From Perkinsus chesapeaki ATCC PRA-425 (Eukaryota > Protista > Perkinsozoa), in assembly GCA_013115145.1 (NCBI GenBank), contig JAAPAO010000111.1, positions 10,341 to 74,340 on the forward strand: DNA of 64,000 bases. Direction: 5' to 3'. A model generated the notes under the pieces. The model was given only the letters and a program-made list of their open reading frames with translations, was not told the DNA's origin and did no database searches. Below are positions 1 through 12,200 of this stretch, piece by piece (the stretch's first letter is position 1; each line of letters opens with the position of its first letter). The position numbers were made by a program, and so were the translations under genes.

Positions 1-342
1 TACACAAGGCAGAAATCCACGCCTTGAAACTTTGTATGTCGAACACGAGTAATCGTGCACGCTTCTACAAAAGATACTCAAGTATCCTAACATTCAAGTT
101 GAAATCTGAAGCTTTTGACTAAGATACAAAAAGGTTGAAGCTTGCATATTGAATAACATCGGATGATAACGGATATATGTTTTTAAAACGTTCCTCCCAT
201 ACTAGAACAACACAACAAATAAAATATATTTCCCGTATACTTATATCTTCTGCTACAGGGAAACCAATATCGAGCCGGATAAAATAGCAGTCTATCAACT
301 GAAGGCGATACGAACCACCAACAGCCATACAAACTAACACAT

Positions 343-960
343 TTATCGGAACCTCTTGAGCTGGAGAGTCTGGCGTCTCTTCCAGTTGGCACGCTTTGAG
401 GGGCGTACCTTGGTACCGAAGTGAGAGCCACGCTTGTGGAGACCACGGCTCTTACGGCCAGCACTGGTGAGACCACGAAGCTCACGATGCTTCATAGTAG
501 AGTGGGCGATCCAGTTCATGCGAGGATCGTTACGGATGGCGTTATGGAAGGGATCGACCATGATGACCTCGAAGAACTTGAACTGAGCATCCTGACCAAC
601 CCAGTAAGAGTTGAGGACACGAAGGGAACCACAACGACGGCCAACACGCTCCTCAGCAATAGCGCGGAGAGATCTAGTGGACTTCTGCTTGTTGACACCT
701 TGGTGGACGGGCTTGCCATATACGATACCCTTAGAGACACGCTTCTTACGGTCACCCCTGCGGATACGAACACGGTAGATGACAACACCCTGCTTGGCCT
801 TATAACCAAGACGACGGGCCTTATCGGGGCGAGTGGCCTTGGAGGCGCGATGGACAGCAGGGAGCTGACGGAACTCCCAGTTCCTAACGCGGATCAAGAA
901 GCGCATCACATCAGACTGCTTCTTATTCCAGATCTCAGAGAGGTACTTGTAGGCTCCCAT
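343..960 (-). CDS. RPL15: 60S ribosomal protein L15 (eL15), intronless, 205 aa
   Basis: ORF reads [33 protein letters not shown]...[15 protein letters not shown]...[11 protein letters not shown]...[11 protein letters not shown], the canonical eL15 sequence. True start is the ATG at 960; stop TAA is at 343-345. Confidence 0.98.
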   Translation of the reverse strand: MGAYKYLSEIWNKKQSDVMRFLIRVRNWEFRQLPAVHRASKATRPDKARRLGYKAKQGVVIYRVRIRRGDRKKRVSKGIVYGKPVHQGVNKQKSTRSLRAIAEERVGRRCGSLRVLNSYWVGQDAQFKFFEVIMVDPFHNAIRNDPRMNWIAHSTMKHRELRGLTSAGRKSRGLHKRGSHFGTKVRPSKRANWKRRQTLQLKRFR

Positions 961-1049
961 TATTGCAGATAGAAGATTGGGTGACTTACTCAAAGCTGGG
1001 GAACTAATCTAAACCACCAAATCGATCAAACGCAATAGCGAGTAATTTC

Positions 1050-4000
1050 GTGGCGAGTGACGCTAGTGCAGATCTTCGCAGCACTCAAACTCTTACTGAA
1101 GCTGCTGAGGTGCATTACCAACACACCGTTGTATCAAGCATCTCTTCCAGAATTAATAACTGAAAGTCCCGTGTACCTCTTTTCAATCAGTTTCTCTTAC
1201 GCAAGTCAACTCTGATCGTCACTAGTGTTTTTAGGTTTACCCATCTTAAACGGGGTCGATCTGAGACTCCAAAATGAACGCATCTCATTTCGTGTTCCTC
1301 AACTTAGTTTGCTGGACTTAGTGGACTTGTGTTGAGTTGTAAGAAAGCATTGATGATGGTGTCATATAGCAAGATTGGCCGGCCTCTTCGAACGTTATCC
1401 CTTAACGGGACTTCGCTTTTCAAGACAGCCAACTGGACTTTACGACTTCGGTGCGTGAAAATGCCCAACAGCATTGTTGATACGCTTCGAAAGCAGCATT
1501 GGTTCCAAGCAGTTCAAAATTCAACCTAGCAAAGGACTTAGAGGAGAAAACTTCGTGGAATCGATAATCTTAAAAATTGCTCATCATCGTCCTCCTGTCG
1601 GGTAGTAGTTCGATCTTTGAACCACTTTTAGTCATTGGCTTGGCAGCAGCGAGCCTTCCCAAATGACGTTACGTGAACAGATAAAACGGACTATAATAAG
1701 CCTGTGAGTGTTATAGAGTTAATAACTACAAGTGGCCCATACAGGTACAATGATAGGATCTATCCCGACTTTCAATCGGTAAAGAAGCGCCACGAGGAGC
1801 GATACAAGGCAGAACCGTTAACCTTAGATACTCTTATGTCGGGGAGTATCAATCGACTTTAATTTGGTACGCTTGTTGTTAGGCATCTCTGTAACCAGAA
1901 TAATCCTGATTTCTCCATCGAGAAGGCAGAGGAGCGACCAGTGCCAGGTTTCAGATTGTAAGACTTCGAGAGTAGCCGCTGATGTGAGGGGTTTCGCTGT
2001 AGGGCCCATCCTCCGAAGTCTTTCCGAGGCTTCGTGTCCCCAACGGTAATCGGTCGTAGCTTGCCTTCACAGTAGTTCATTAGGATCCCGTCGATTATTA
2101 TGGTCCTCAGCTCTGGGATGCCTTCGAGACCGAGATAAACTCATTAATGTTATACGAGCGTGAGTGGACTTCAAGTTAACCTATTTAGTATCTTGCTTGC
2201 TTTAGCGAGTTGCTACACTTTTCCTGGTGGGCGTTACGGCACTGCCAGAGCCCTTAAAGAGCGCAACCTAAGATTTCTCAATGGTTACAGTCTAGGAGAG
2301 CTCTGTCACATTGTAAGCCGTTGCATCGGGAACCTATCAATATCTACCAACGCGTTCTTGTTACACGTGTAAAATCTCCTATTGTATCACCGAACTGGTA
2401 ACATGTCGGGAAGATTGTGTTAGCCTCTCCCTCGGGGAGATGACCACTCTGAACTACGGGCGCAGGTTCAATTGGCAATCGACAAGGAGATCCTCGCATA
2501 CGGCAAAAGCGGGTCAGTGGTGCCCTTCAAAGTGAGCTCCAAGGCTGAAAAGGATGCCAATGCGAGTGATGCCGCCGCTGTTCCGTTATCATCCGTCGCG
2601 GCAACAATCGCCTTCTGTAGGGGATAAGAAACCTACCTTTGCTGGCCATCGTCGTCAAGTGGCTAAGGAAGGATCGGAGCAGAGCCGGAGAGACACTACT
2701 GTGAAGAAGCCGCCCATAAAGGCGTTAAAATAATAAGCTTATTAGGACTCCTCCGGTGGAGATCATTGTTCAAGCCATCATAGCGGCTCCTCCCACCTGT
2801 CACCACGTAGCGAGCCGGCCAAGGAGGATTTCATAGCAAGCTGGGGTCGACTTAGGGAGGTCCTCTTCACGCTGTTAACGTAATGAAACTTGGACCTACT
2901 TGTGGTGAAGTCATTAGTTGAAGCAGTACGACCGAGTGGAAGCATCGTATACTGCTATTGTCGAATTTGAAGAACGAGATAAGACGCCACTTCAGTGGAG
3001 TTGTGCTCAGTGAGACTGCCTTAGGGCATACAAAGCTGATAGATATGGTCAGTAGAGGGTGGGGGTATCAGAGAGTTAACTGAGTAGCAGCAGGTGCAAG
3101 ACCCAAACCTAGCAGATCTGGTGCGGGTGGATTGGCGACGTAATAATCCTGTATTGAAGCTGGAACCAGGAGCGACACTCAAAAGGGGGCCTACTGGAAT
3201 AAGCATTGATTCCCGTATGGAGTTATGTTCCTGGAAAGGGCCATTTTGTGCTGTCAGCCAAAGACGTAGCGTCGGTAGCGACGCCAGAGCGATGTGCTGA
3301 ATCACTTGTCGAGACGACAGGCCCGGACTCTTCGATCAATACGGTTTCCCCGCTCGATCGGGCCATCGAAATCGATGCCAAACGTCGGCAAGATCATCAT
3401 CATCATCCTCAGCATGGCCCGGTTATCTCCCTGAAGAATACATTTTTGCAGTAAGCCTTTGTATAGTAGTAGGAACATGAGAAAATCTGATGCAATCAGG
3501 TACGCGCATTCCGAAGAAGCCGAAGGACTCCAGAAGTCTCGTCGTGTGAAGACAGCCCCAGATGAGTACCTCCTTTCCACTGCCGATCGTGCCATCACCG
3601 GTCTTCATATTAACCAGTAGCGCCACCCCATTTTCACAGCGACCATCATCATCATAATAATCAGTTACCAAATAACTCCACTTGATTTCCCTTTCATACC
3701 ATCGGCAGCAACCGAGACGGATTATGATCTCACAAATGCCACCGATGGTGCTTCAATCGTGCCGCCGCCACCCGGCTTGGATGCGACAGTTGCGCCTCTA
3801 TCGCCTCTGCCGGCATTGGCCCACCCGAACAACGGTGTGTCCGACGCTTTAGCCACCTTTGGTTCGAGCACCGATCTCACCGATGCCCTGCCAGACCTGG
3901 AGCTCTTGCTGTCGCAAATCTCCAGTGATCCGCCGCTAACAGCTATCGGGGGGACGTAAGGTTGTTGCCTTCACCTCTTCCTCCACGACGACCATTCATT

Positions 4001-4440
4001 TCAGCACGCTTAACGCCAGCGCAGCAGAATTCGTGCCGATGCGGTCCCAAACTCCCCGTCCAAGCTCCGACGCATTTGCGCAATACATCTTCAAAGGTCT
4101 CCCGAGTAACAGCATGACCTCCAATCAGCTGCCTCCAACCCCAGCAGCAGCATCTCATGGTAGCCTACAGCGCCGGAGCGGAAGCCTCTAGGATTGCTTA
4201 TACGATGTAGGTATACAAATGCCCATCACTCCTGGGGGGATACTCCTGACACAAGCCATGACTGAAGTCGAGGCGCATGCGCCACCTTATCCCTGGATGA
4301 GTCGTACACCAGGCGGATACACAATTGGTACGCTGTTCGACGCTTGTGGATCTCCAACTGGAGCCATGGCTACTGAGAGCTGTGAAGAAGTCCTAAGGTC
4401 GCCCCTGAGAGTAAGAAGTATTCCTGTTGCGAGGTAAAGA
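1050..4440 (+). CDS. Multi-exon OHA (OST-HTH-associated) + OST-HTH/LOTUS domain protein; outer boundaries approximate
   Basis: Hand-spliced GT-AG exons give TIISLYNDRIYPDFQSVKKRHEE...AHPPKSFRGFVSPT|DPVDYYGPQLWDAFE...YTFPGGRYGTARALKERNLRFLNGYSLGELCHI|VQLAIDKEILAY (OHA-type signature). A later segment reads WGRLREVLFTLL...LLSNLKNEIRRHFSGVVLSETALGHTKLIDM|QDPNLADLV (OST-HTH-like). The C-terminus is Pro/Ser-rich. Confidence 0.75.
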
Positions 4441-4499
4441 TAGGAGCTCCTTCAGGTTACACCTCATCATCATGCTTGAATCACTTCTTGCCGAGTATT

Positions 4500-6500
4500 C
4501 TAATAATTCTTCGTATATAGCTAATTAGGAACCAATGTTACATAACAATAAGCAGCATGATAAATAATATTCAATATAGACTATCAAGCATCATCATCAT
4601 CATCACCGCATCAGTCGTGTCGGTGTGTTCGTTATTACCGTCTTCTGCTCTAATTGGCCTTCTTTCTATGGTAGTGTAATCGATTATTATCACTCCGTGC
4701 AGCAGCAGCACATCCCAGTGTAATCTCCTGATTGGGGATTATTCAATAAATCGAATTCATTCTTGGGGGCTTTCGATGACTTCGATGGCTTTTTGTTCTG
4801 TTATTGCATAATTACGTGCATTCGACTCACATCCGACTCGTTCGACGTCGTCGTCGGTCTTTGTGTCATCGACTTCATCATTCTATTATCATTTCATCTA
4901 TCAATTTCCAACTCAGTGCTCACAATCTTCCGGGCACTGACGGCATCCACGGTACACATTCCTGGTATTTTGCATATTTTAACAAGGGTTTGAGAGTCAC
5001 AGGTTTAGAACCCTGTAGTTGCCTGCCCTGTCGTGTCATTATCAAACATTAACAGTGGTACGCCACTCGGCGTGATGTGGAGACTCATCCACAATGATGA
5101 CATCTTCGCGTTCTCATCATCAATATCTTGGCCATCTTGTTATTAAATATTTTTATCGCTTGTCTGATAATCGTGCCAAAGCTGGTACTTAAAAGTGTGA
5201 AGTCTTATTATGCATTTTCGATTTTTCTGGACTGTTGTGTTGATGAGTTTCATGAAGTACCGAGGAGGTCATTGAAAAAAGGGAAAGCAGTAGTGTTAAG
5301 CCTTGGAAGAGTATCCAGCCAAGCTTGGACGTTCTCGGATAAATAGATGAATTGAACTGCCTAACAGAGTCCTTTCTAATTGGAAAGTCTGAGCTCTGCT
5401 AGATGGGTATTATGAGCTGAGGGGCACAATCCTGACACAGTAAGCCGGATGGATCGCAGTATACCTGATAGTAGCTCGGTTAGCCGTCCGCGTACTAGAA
5501 GCAGCTGTTGGACAAGTTTAACTTTGCACACAAGTACAGCTGTAGAAGTAATGGCTCATGCTTCAATAATGAGCGCATTCTGTCTTGATCGATACTCACC
5601 GGCATACTGGCTAGGTGAGGATGAGCACTGCCCCCCTTCTGGCATGCAACGTGCCTATACATATCTGATGGCACACAAAGCAGTCCTATATAGCACTGCC
5701 ACTGTGAGACAGAGAATTGGCGGGACTGTAAGATCGAGCAGAGGGTATGGTCCGCGAAGCGCGATATGCATTCACGCTTTCTTTTTGTTATCTAAACTCC
5801 GTCAGAGTGCACCTTTGTTCCCTATTTCGAGTAGTGCTATCCTCGTGTATAGTCAATCAATTTGGGGTGTTGGGTGCGGCCTGTGCTCCAAGGCTCAGCC
5901 TACAACGCTACTACAGGAACTAGTAGTATATCAGTAGGTTGAGTCGGACACCACAGAAACGTTGTTAAGTACGTACTGACAATCACCCCCAATCAACAAA
6001 CTCGACAAAACAACAAAAAAATATAACCGTGATGCGGCCAGGGTGGAATTGAACGCAAACTTGATTGGTAAACCCCTCCGATTTTCTGGTAGATTGTCTC
6101 CAGTACAATCTCTGTGTTTGCATGAGGGTCTGGGCCTTAGTAAGAGCGAGTTCAAGAGAGGATAGCAAGTGTCCCTCCTGTTGTACGCGCCTGGATTAAT
6201 GAAGTAGGCTCAAAAATGAGATTGGTTCAAGATTGCTGCCGCGAGACGTTAACCAAGAGCGATAGCTCCCGGGGCCCTCCCGACGGGAGCCATAAAACCC
6301 TACACCAATAGCTAAGACGAATGCACAGAGACGGATGGAGAACCGTGCTAGAGAATCGTGCTATGCATCCCACGGCCTTCCACATTGAAGCTTCAATCCG
6401 GAAGATACTCGGCTCGACCGAGTCAGTTGGAGGCTTGAGGAGGATTCTATGAGCAACGGTCTGCCTAGAGATTCTGGATGGACGCTCCAGGTGCTCTCGC
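4500..6500 (-). CDS. Probable multi-exon hypothetical gene, not reconstructed
   Basis: Several GT...AG introns of typical size on the minus strand at about 5400-5600 join in frame (QYA|AVLVCKVKLVQQLLL|VYCDPSGL). No family recognised. Confidence 0.3.
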
Positions 6501-6725
6501 GGATGCTCTGGCATCCCATAGATCGATTGAACTGGATAACACATCTCTGTGAATGGACAGATGAAAACGTGACCTAGAGGGACTTATCAAGTCCAAACCA
6601 TAATAAAGACTGAGTACGGCTTTAGATTGTTAGAATTGGAGCTGGCCTCCTGACTTGGGGTAACCCATAATGGCCGTTGCAATTCGTGAAGAGAACTGCG
6701 TGGATGCGACAAATGCTACAATTGA

Positions 6726-7157
6726 TCAATCATAACAGTCTCCAGGTCGTAGAACCCCAGCGCCGCCAAACATCACCGATAGGGTATTGGGGGCCCTATT
6801 GTAGGTCAGAGACTTCAGATCATCGTCAGCTATTTGAATAAGGGCACCACATTTCTGTCTCGCCACTCGAATGAAGTCATTGTACTTAACCATGGAGCCA
6901 CCGTCGACTGTGAAGGAATCGACACGAGGCTCATCAAGCACGATAGGCTCAGAGTCATGATAGTCCTGGCCGCAGTCGACGTGATACTGAACAGTCAAAA
7001 TCTCCGCGTTAAACCAGTAAACTCTGACACACACGAAATCCGGATCAGGGTGGATTCTAAGAGCATAGTAACCTTTAGGCGGACCCGGGAGATCGACGGC
7101 TTGAAGTTGGAGCGGGACCGTCAAACTGAGCAGAATAACAGAAGTGGAGAACACCAT
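6726..7157 (-). CDS. Intronless secreted protein (143 aa), Perkinsus-type family, paralog A
   Basis: Signal-peptide-like MVFSTSVILLSLTVPLQLQA. Shares P-x-GYY, C-x-x-VYWF, Y-x-x-x-CG, DSF-x-V, M-x-KY-x-x-F-x-R-x-A-x-x-x-C, DD-x-x-S-x-x-YNR-x-x-NTL and four Cys with the ORF at 15735-16181. Confidence 0.85.
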   Translation of the reverse strand: MVFSTSVILLSLTVPLQLQAVDLPGPPKGYYALRIHPDPDFVCVRVYWFNAEILTVQYHVDCGQDYHDSEPIVLDEPRVDSFTVDGGSMVKYNDFIRVARQKCGALIQIADDDLKSLTYNRAPNTLSVMFGGAGVLRPGDCYD

Positions 7158-9297
7158 GGCCGAAAGATACTGTGGGAGTTCAGCATGATCCACAGTCCGC
7201 ATATTGTTCGCACGCGTGCGCAGATGTCGCTCGTACGTCTCAGAAGATTAGAACAAAGAAAGGAGAGATGAAAACCAAACTGTTCATTGCAATTTGAAAT
7301 TGTGCGCCTGCGTATAAAGGCGCGCGCTATTCGCTGATAGAGGACTTCGCGCACGCCCGCATTTTAACTTGCTGAAAGTCACTACCTGACTTCCAACTTA
7401 ACTAAAACGCGTGGCTGTGCTCAATCAGTCCAGTAAAAGAAACTAACCATTTCAAACAGTGTGTTCGAAAACTGGTAGTAAACTTCAATGCTGTGATTGA
7501 ACTCTTGGCTGAGAGCACGTGACAGTCGGCTATTATTGTAGTCCGGATACCCCGCAGTATTAGGGCGATTCGCAGCTCCTCCCGCACACCTCGAGGTAAA
7601 CGCGCATTCTTTATCCTATAGACTTCATGGATCGGGCTGTTCTTTGTGCTGTTCCGTAGAACTGTAACAAGCTCAAACGCGCAAAGCAATAAACCGGTCT
7701 TTGAGGCCTGCGTTCTAATCACCGAGCAGAGTCGATAACCAGAACGGAGTACACGCAGTGAGGGGATCGATGAGACGAAACAATCACTGGGGGCAGCTCT
7801 TACGAGCGAAACCCTCAAAGTAAGTTCCAAATACTGAACAACTGCCTAAAACGAATATAACTCACATCTACGACTACATGCTAGTCATCACCAAATGTAG
7901 TTATTTAATAGTTATCTAGTACAATTAACAGCACGCATACAGTATGAGTAACTCATAGCGCGGTCGCAAGGCGAGCGAGATCCACAGATGGAGCCGCCGC
8001 ACAAACGGCACAAAAGGCAGATATACTGAAACCTACATGTCTCATCGTCGTAACTCGTCATGCCTAGTGGGCACACGACATCATTTGACAGAAGATCTCT
8101 TCCTCTCTTCACTTGATCGACGCCGCTCGGGCCTACTGCCCCTCGTGGCTGTAAATAACCTCTCCACTCTGTGACTGACAATATGTCACGGTGACCATTT
8201 TGGGATGTGTCCATCATGGACTGTCCATGATGGACAGTCCATGACAGTGTCTGTCGGCTGTGAAGACCTGTTGTAGGATTCTGTGCAGTCTATATGCATG
8301 CGTGCTATAATAATCTTCACTATAGATCCTATAACTAAGCGGCCGGCGCGGTCATCGCCTGCCCTTGGTGTGTTCTTGGTTATCACTACTATCTCTAGCG
8401 TAAGCTAAGTTAGCTTAGCTAACTATCCCTCAAGGTCCCTCCTGTTGTTTTTCGCATCTGAGCCTCTAGTTCTACATCAACTAACTAGTTAACCGAACCC
8501 GATAACAGACCCGCCGTCCGGGCAAGCTTCTGTGTGCCAGTATCGTTGGAAGGGGACGCACATACAATCTGCGTGGTTTCCCGGTGTTCCGTTCCACGGG
8601 ATAATTCCCGTAATTCCGCAATCGAGCTGTCGTTTTTCCGGAAATTCCACGGTAAAAAAACGGCCGCCGATTAGGACTTTCAGCATCGAGAACTACCACC
8701 TTGGCGACATTTTCAGTTCATACACAGCTATCCTCGATATCTCATGCGGCCAAGACAGTCGAATAATATATTGAATATTGTGTATTCATGTTCAACTAGT
8801 CAACTTGATCGCACAATACGGCGTTAGTGACGTCGCATTGCCTTCGAACAGGTGTCCTTTTAAGATATGCTATCTTCCCACGTTGCATAAAGCAACTTTC
8901 TCTTTGTGATCACGCGACGATGGTGAGTCGCTACATGGGTTTCGCGAGTTGAGTATCCGGCGCTTCACTGGGAGGCGTTGACGGAATGCTTCTAGCTTTG
9001 TATTTTTCTAGCTTTCTGCTTCTGTATGTACTCTCTACTATCTGTAGTGACTGCAAAACCCAACACGGACCTTTTAACTCTTGAACACTCTTATGCGAGC
9101 GGCATAGCCTTATGTCATGCATTCCGTTGAAGAAGGTGCGAGCTCTGAGAATGAACTATTCACCTCATCGGTATAGTAACCACTTCGTCTAGGGTCGCGT
9201 CCACAGGGGGCAGCTGTACAGCCACCCCGGATTCGAATGTCTTCGAAGATTTATTCGCACTTCCAGACGCGGGTGAAATGCCCGTATTCACGGGTGC

Positions 9298-12200
9298 CTA
9301 CATTAAAATATCTGGAGCCTGCCTAGACGCTGCTTCGACCTCCAGAAGACCATTTAGCCGTTGCAACGCATCGCCCCAACCATTCTGATTCACCGGGATC
9401 GTGACCCACTCACCTAAGGATGCCGAGATCGCTGGGGGTACCAGAAGCCAAGTTCACTGACTACTCGTACCTTCAAACTGAGGATCTAAAGTCCGTATTA
9501 TGTCACGTGGGAAAGTGTCTATAAATCCGGCCCTTTGCGACACTTTGTATATTTCCTCCCGCTCACAACTGAGCAGATTCGAGACGCATCCACATACGTC
9601 ATCAACATCGAGGCTTACAATCCCGATAACTCTACACCGGTGCCATTGTGTCCCCACCAGCTTGTCAGGTGGAATCTGTTCTCGGGTGTGGTGTGGCCAG
9701 AGCGTCCTAGGGGTGATAGTTAGTCTTGTGGGGACCGACATCATCATACCAGCGGAGCAGGCCCACACAGTCGCGGCGTCTAACTTCTCGACAATGCCTG
9801 AGAGCTCTTGAGTCAGTTCCTCTGGCGTGCTACAGTTACTCCCCGGACAGAAGAGTGCCAAGTGGTCGTAGAAGCCGTTGAGCAAGATGAAGACTCTCGT
9901 GCCTAAAAAAGAGATGAAAATCCAAATTCGGCTTCCGCAGGAGAGGGCATTCCGCGCCTTGACGAAGATATACATTTATTGTTAGGGTCGGATGGTGACA
10001 TGAAAGATCAACAATGGACGTGACATACCTTTTATGGAGAGAAGTAAAGAGTTGTCAGACTGTAGTGCCTCCAAGTAGGTAGGCGGTGACACGCTGGCAA
10101 GGTTGGCAGGATCCTCGCAAACCACTATGGCATAGTCCGGGAGGCTCTCTCTTAAGCTAGCTAGTAACCGATTTGAATGTAACAAGGAGCAAGTTGAGTT
10201 GAATGGTCGGGAAGGGAAGTTCCTTCTAACACAAACCGACCTAAAGAAGAATCTTCATCGTAGAACGGCCGCGGCCCTCACCAACGATTGAATTTCGCCA
10301 GGATTCTCGAAGGATCTTTGAAGGCTTTCATGAATGGTGAGGGACACTCCGTGGGGCAATTCGAGAAAAAGTACCTGAGGATTGGAAGGGTCTTGGAACC
10401 TTGACTGGCTATGAAAATAAAATCTTCATAAACAACCGCCGCCTGTCTTACATATCAGGTGTGGCGAAACGCTCAGCTATCTCAGAAGAAGGGACACTCT
10501 GTTGTAGAATAGGGTGGCTGAAGGACGCTCTATAGGGCTCCACAAATCTTCTAGTTACAGTATCTAAGCAGTGCACAGTCAAGTACAATCAACGATAAAA
10601 TAACACTGAGTCGAGATTTAAGGGAGATTTACCAAGCCGAGCGGGAAACAACGCCAGCTGATACTGTCAGCCTGACAGGCGGCTCACCGAGTGCTTCCCA
10701 CATAGCTTTCAGACTCTGCTCGATGGGTCTTGTACCGGCTCTAACCGTGAGATGTACTTCCAGAGGATCCAGGTGCCATGGTACTGGGACGTTGCTGGGT
10801 TGGGTGACAACACAAACTTCCACACCACTCTCTTGGCATATCTTTTCAACTTGATTGATAATATCCTCTCTTGTAGAACCCTAGAAGAAGTAACAATCCC
10901 TGGTTTACAGATAAAAATACTCCCAGACGATACGGGTTGCCTTGGACGGCTAACCTCTCCATCCTGGGTTCCAGGTAGATGGATATACATAATTTTGGGG
11001 ACCTTTACTGAGGATGTCTTCAGCTTCTGATTTCACACTTCTACGTTGAAGAAGTATTGCTCGAAGACAGAACTTAGCAATTCGGGGATTTAAATCAAGC
11101 CAACGCTACTGAAGGTCCGTAAGGTGCCTGCTGATCCTCATACTCTTTTGTGACTGGAACGACCGATGGTAATGGAGGTAATCGGAGCCTGATCAGAGTC
11201 TGAGATAGCCCGACTCCTACAGGGGAGGTTAGTCTACCTGCAGCTGAACTGAGTAGCACATCCAGCGAGCATGGGATCTCTCGTAGCAAGGGCATGCGCC
11301 AGTATGTGTTTCGGTCCAAGGAAGGCGAAAGGGTATCCTCTAGATTCCCATTTGGTTGGGGCCACCTGCGGTACTGCCAATAGACTTCGTGGACGGCTTT
11401 TTAAGACAGCATGTGAGAGTGTGATAAGGTGATTGTTATGCCTTGAATTCGCCGTGAACTGCAAATCCCAAGGAGATGACAGAGAGTAATTTATTCTCTA
11501 AAGGGGAGATCAAGCGCTCCGTGTTGAAGTGAAAACCAGAAGTGTCATAGAGTCGTGCCCTTACGATGTCTAGTGCAGCAGCTACTGCCTTGCAGACTGC
11601 AGTGGCTGCGTCTCCCGAAGAGTCGGATAATACTGGAGGGTGTAAGATAGAACGGAGGAGCATGTCGTCGCGCAGAGATCTGCCAATCGGTACTCATCTG
11701 CTGGACAGCAGAATTTCGTCACCCTTCTTTTGCAGTATATGCAATCGAAGTGATATCTGCCTGCTGGTCAATGCGACTGCCAAATGGCTGCGAATTCCCA
11801 GGGATCTCCGGCCTGGTAGACCTAGCATGGCGACAGGCCACAGCCAGGCTCACAAAGTTTCTGGGATGGAGTCTTCAAAGCCAAGCCCTTGGAGAGCACG
11901 GATAGCTATTTGGCCCCCAGTCCCAAATTCCTTCCCAACAGCCATGTTACGGAAACTATCAATCCAGAATGCTCTCACGACCTGTTTCAAATAGAAACGC
12001 CTCGGTACCATGTTCACACTGGGAATGCCTACCTGTGAGGCACAGTCAGGAAGAACTGGAAGTTTGATTGATTCAATGGTCTCTGGAGAAGCGATGACAC
12101 AGCCTGCTTCCAACCAAAGGGGCACCTGATAAAAATTACATAGCCCTTGCTGAGATTCACATGCATACATTTAAGACTTCTGCCAGGATATCTTGTAGAT

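Noticed and set aside
421-972. 183-aa plus-strand ORF
   Set aside because: Antisense shadow of RPL15. Most other listed ORFs opposite identified genes (e.g. 5449-5937, 6834-7271, 42770-43195, 48549-48980) were likewise treated as probable shadows.
7402-8386. ORFs 7402-7830, 7912-8217 and 8186-8386 as genes
   Set aside because: Non-ATG or weak starts, no recognisable motifs and no consistent exon chain.
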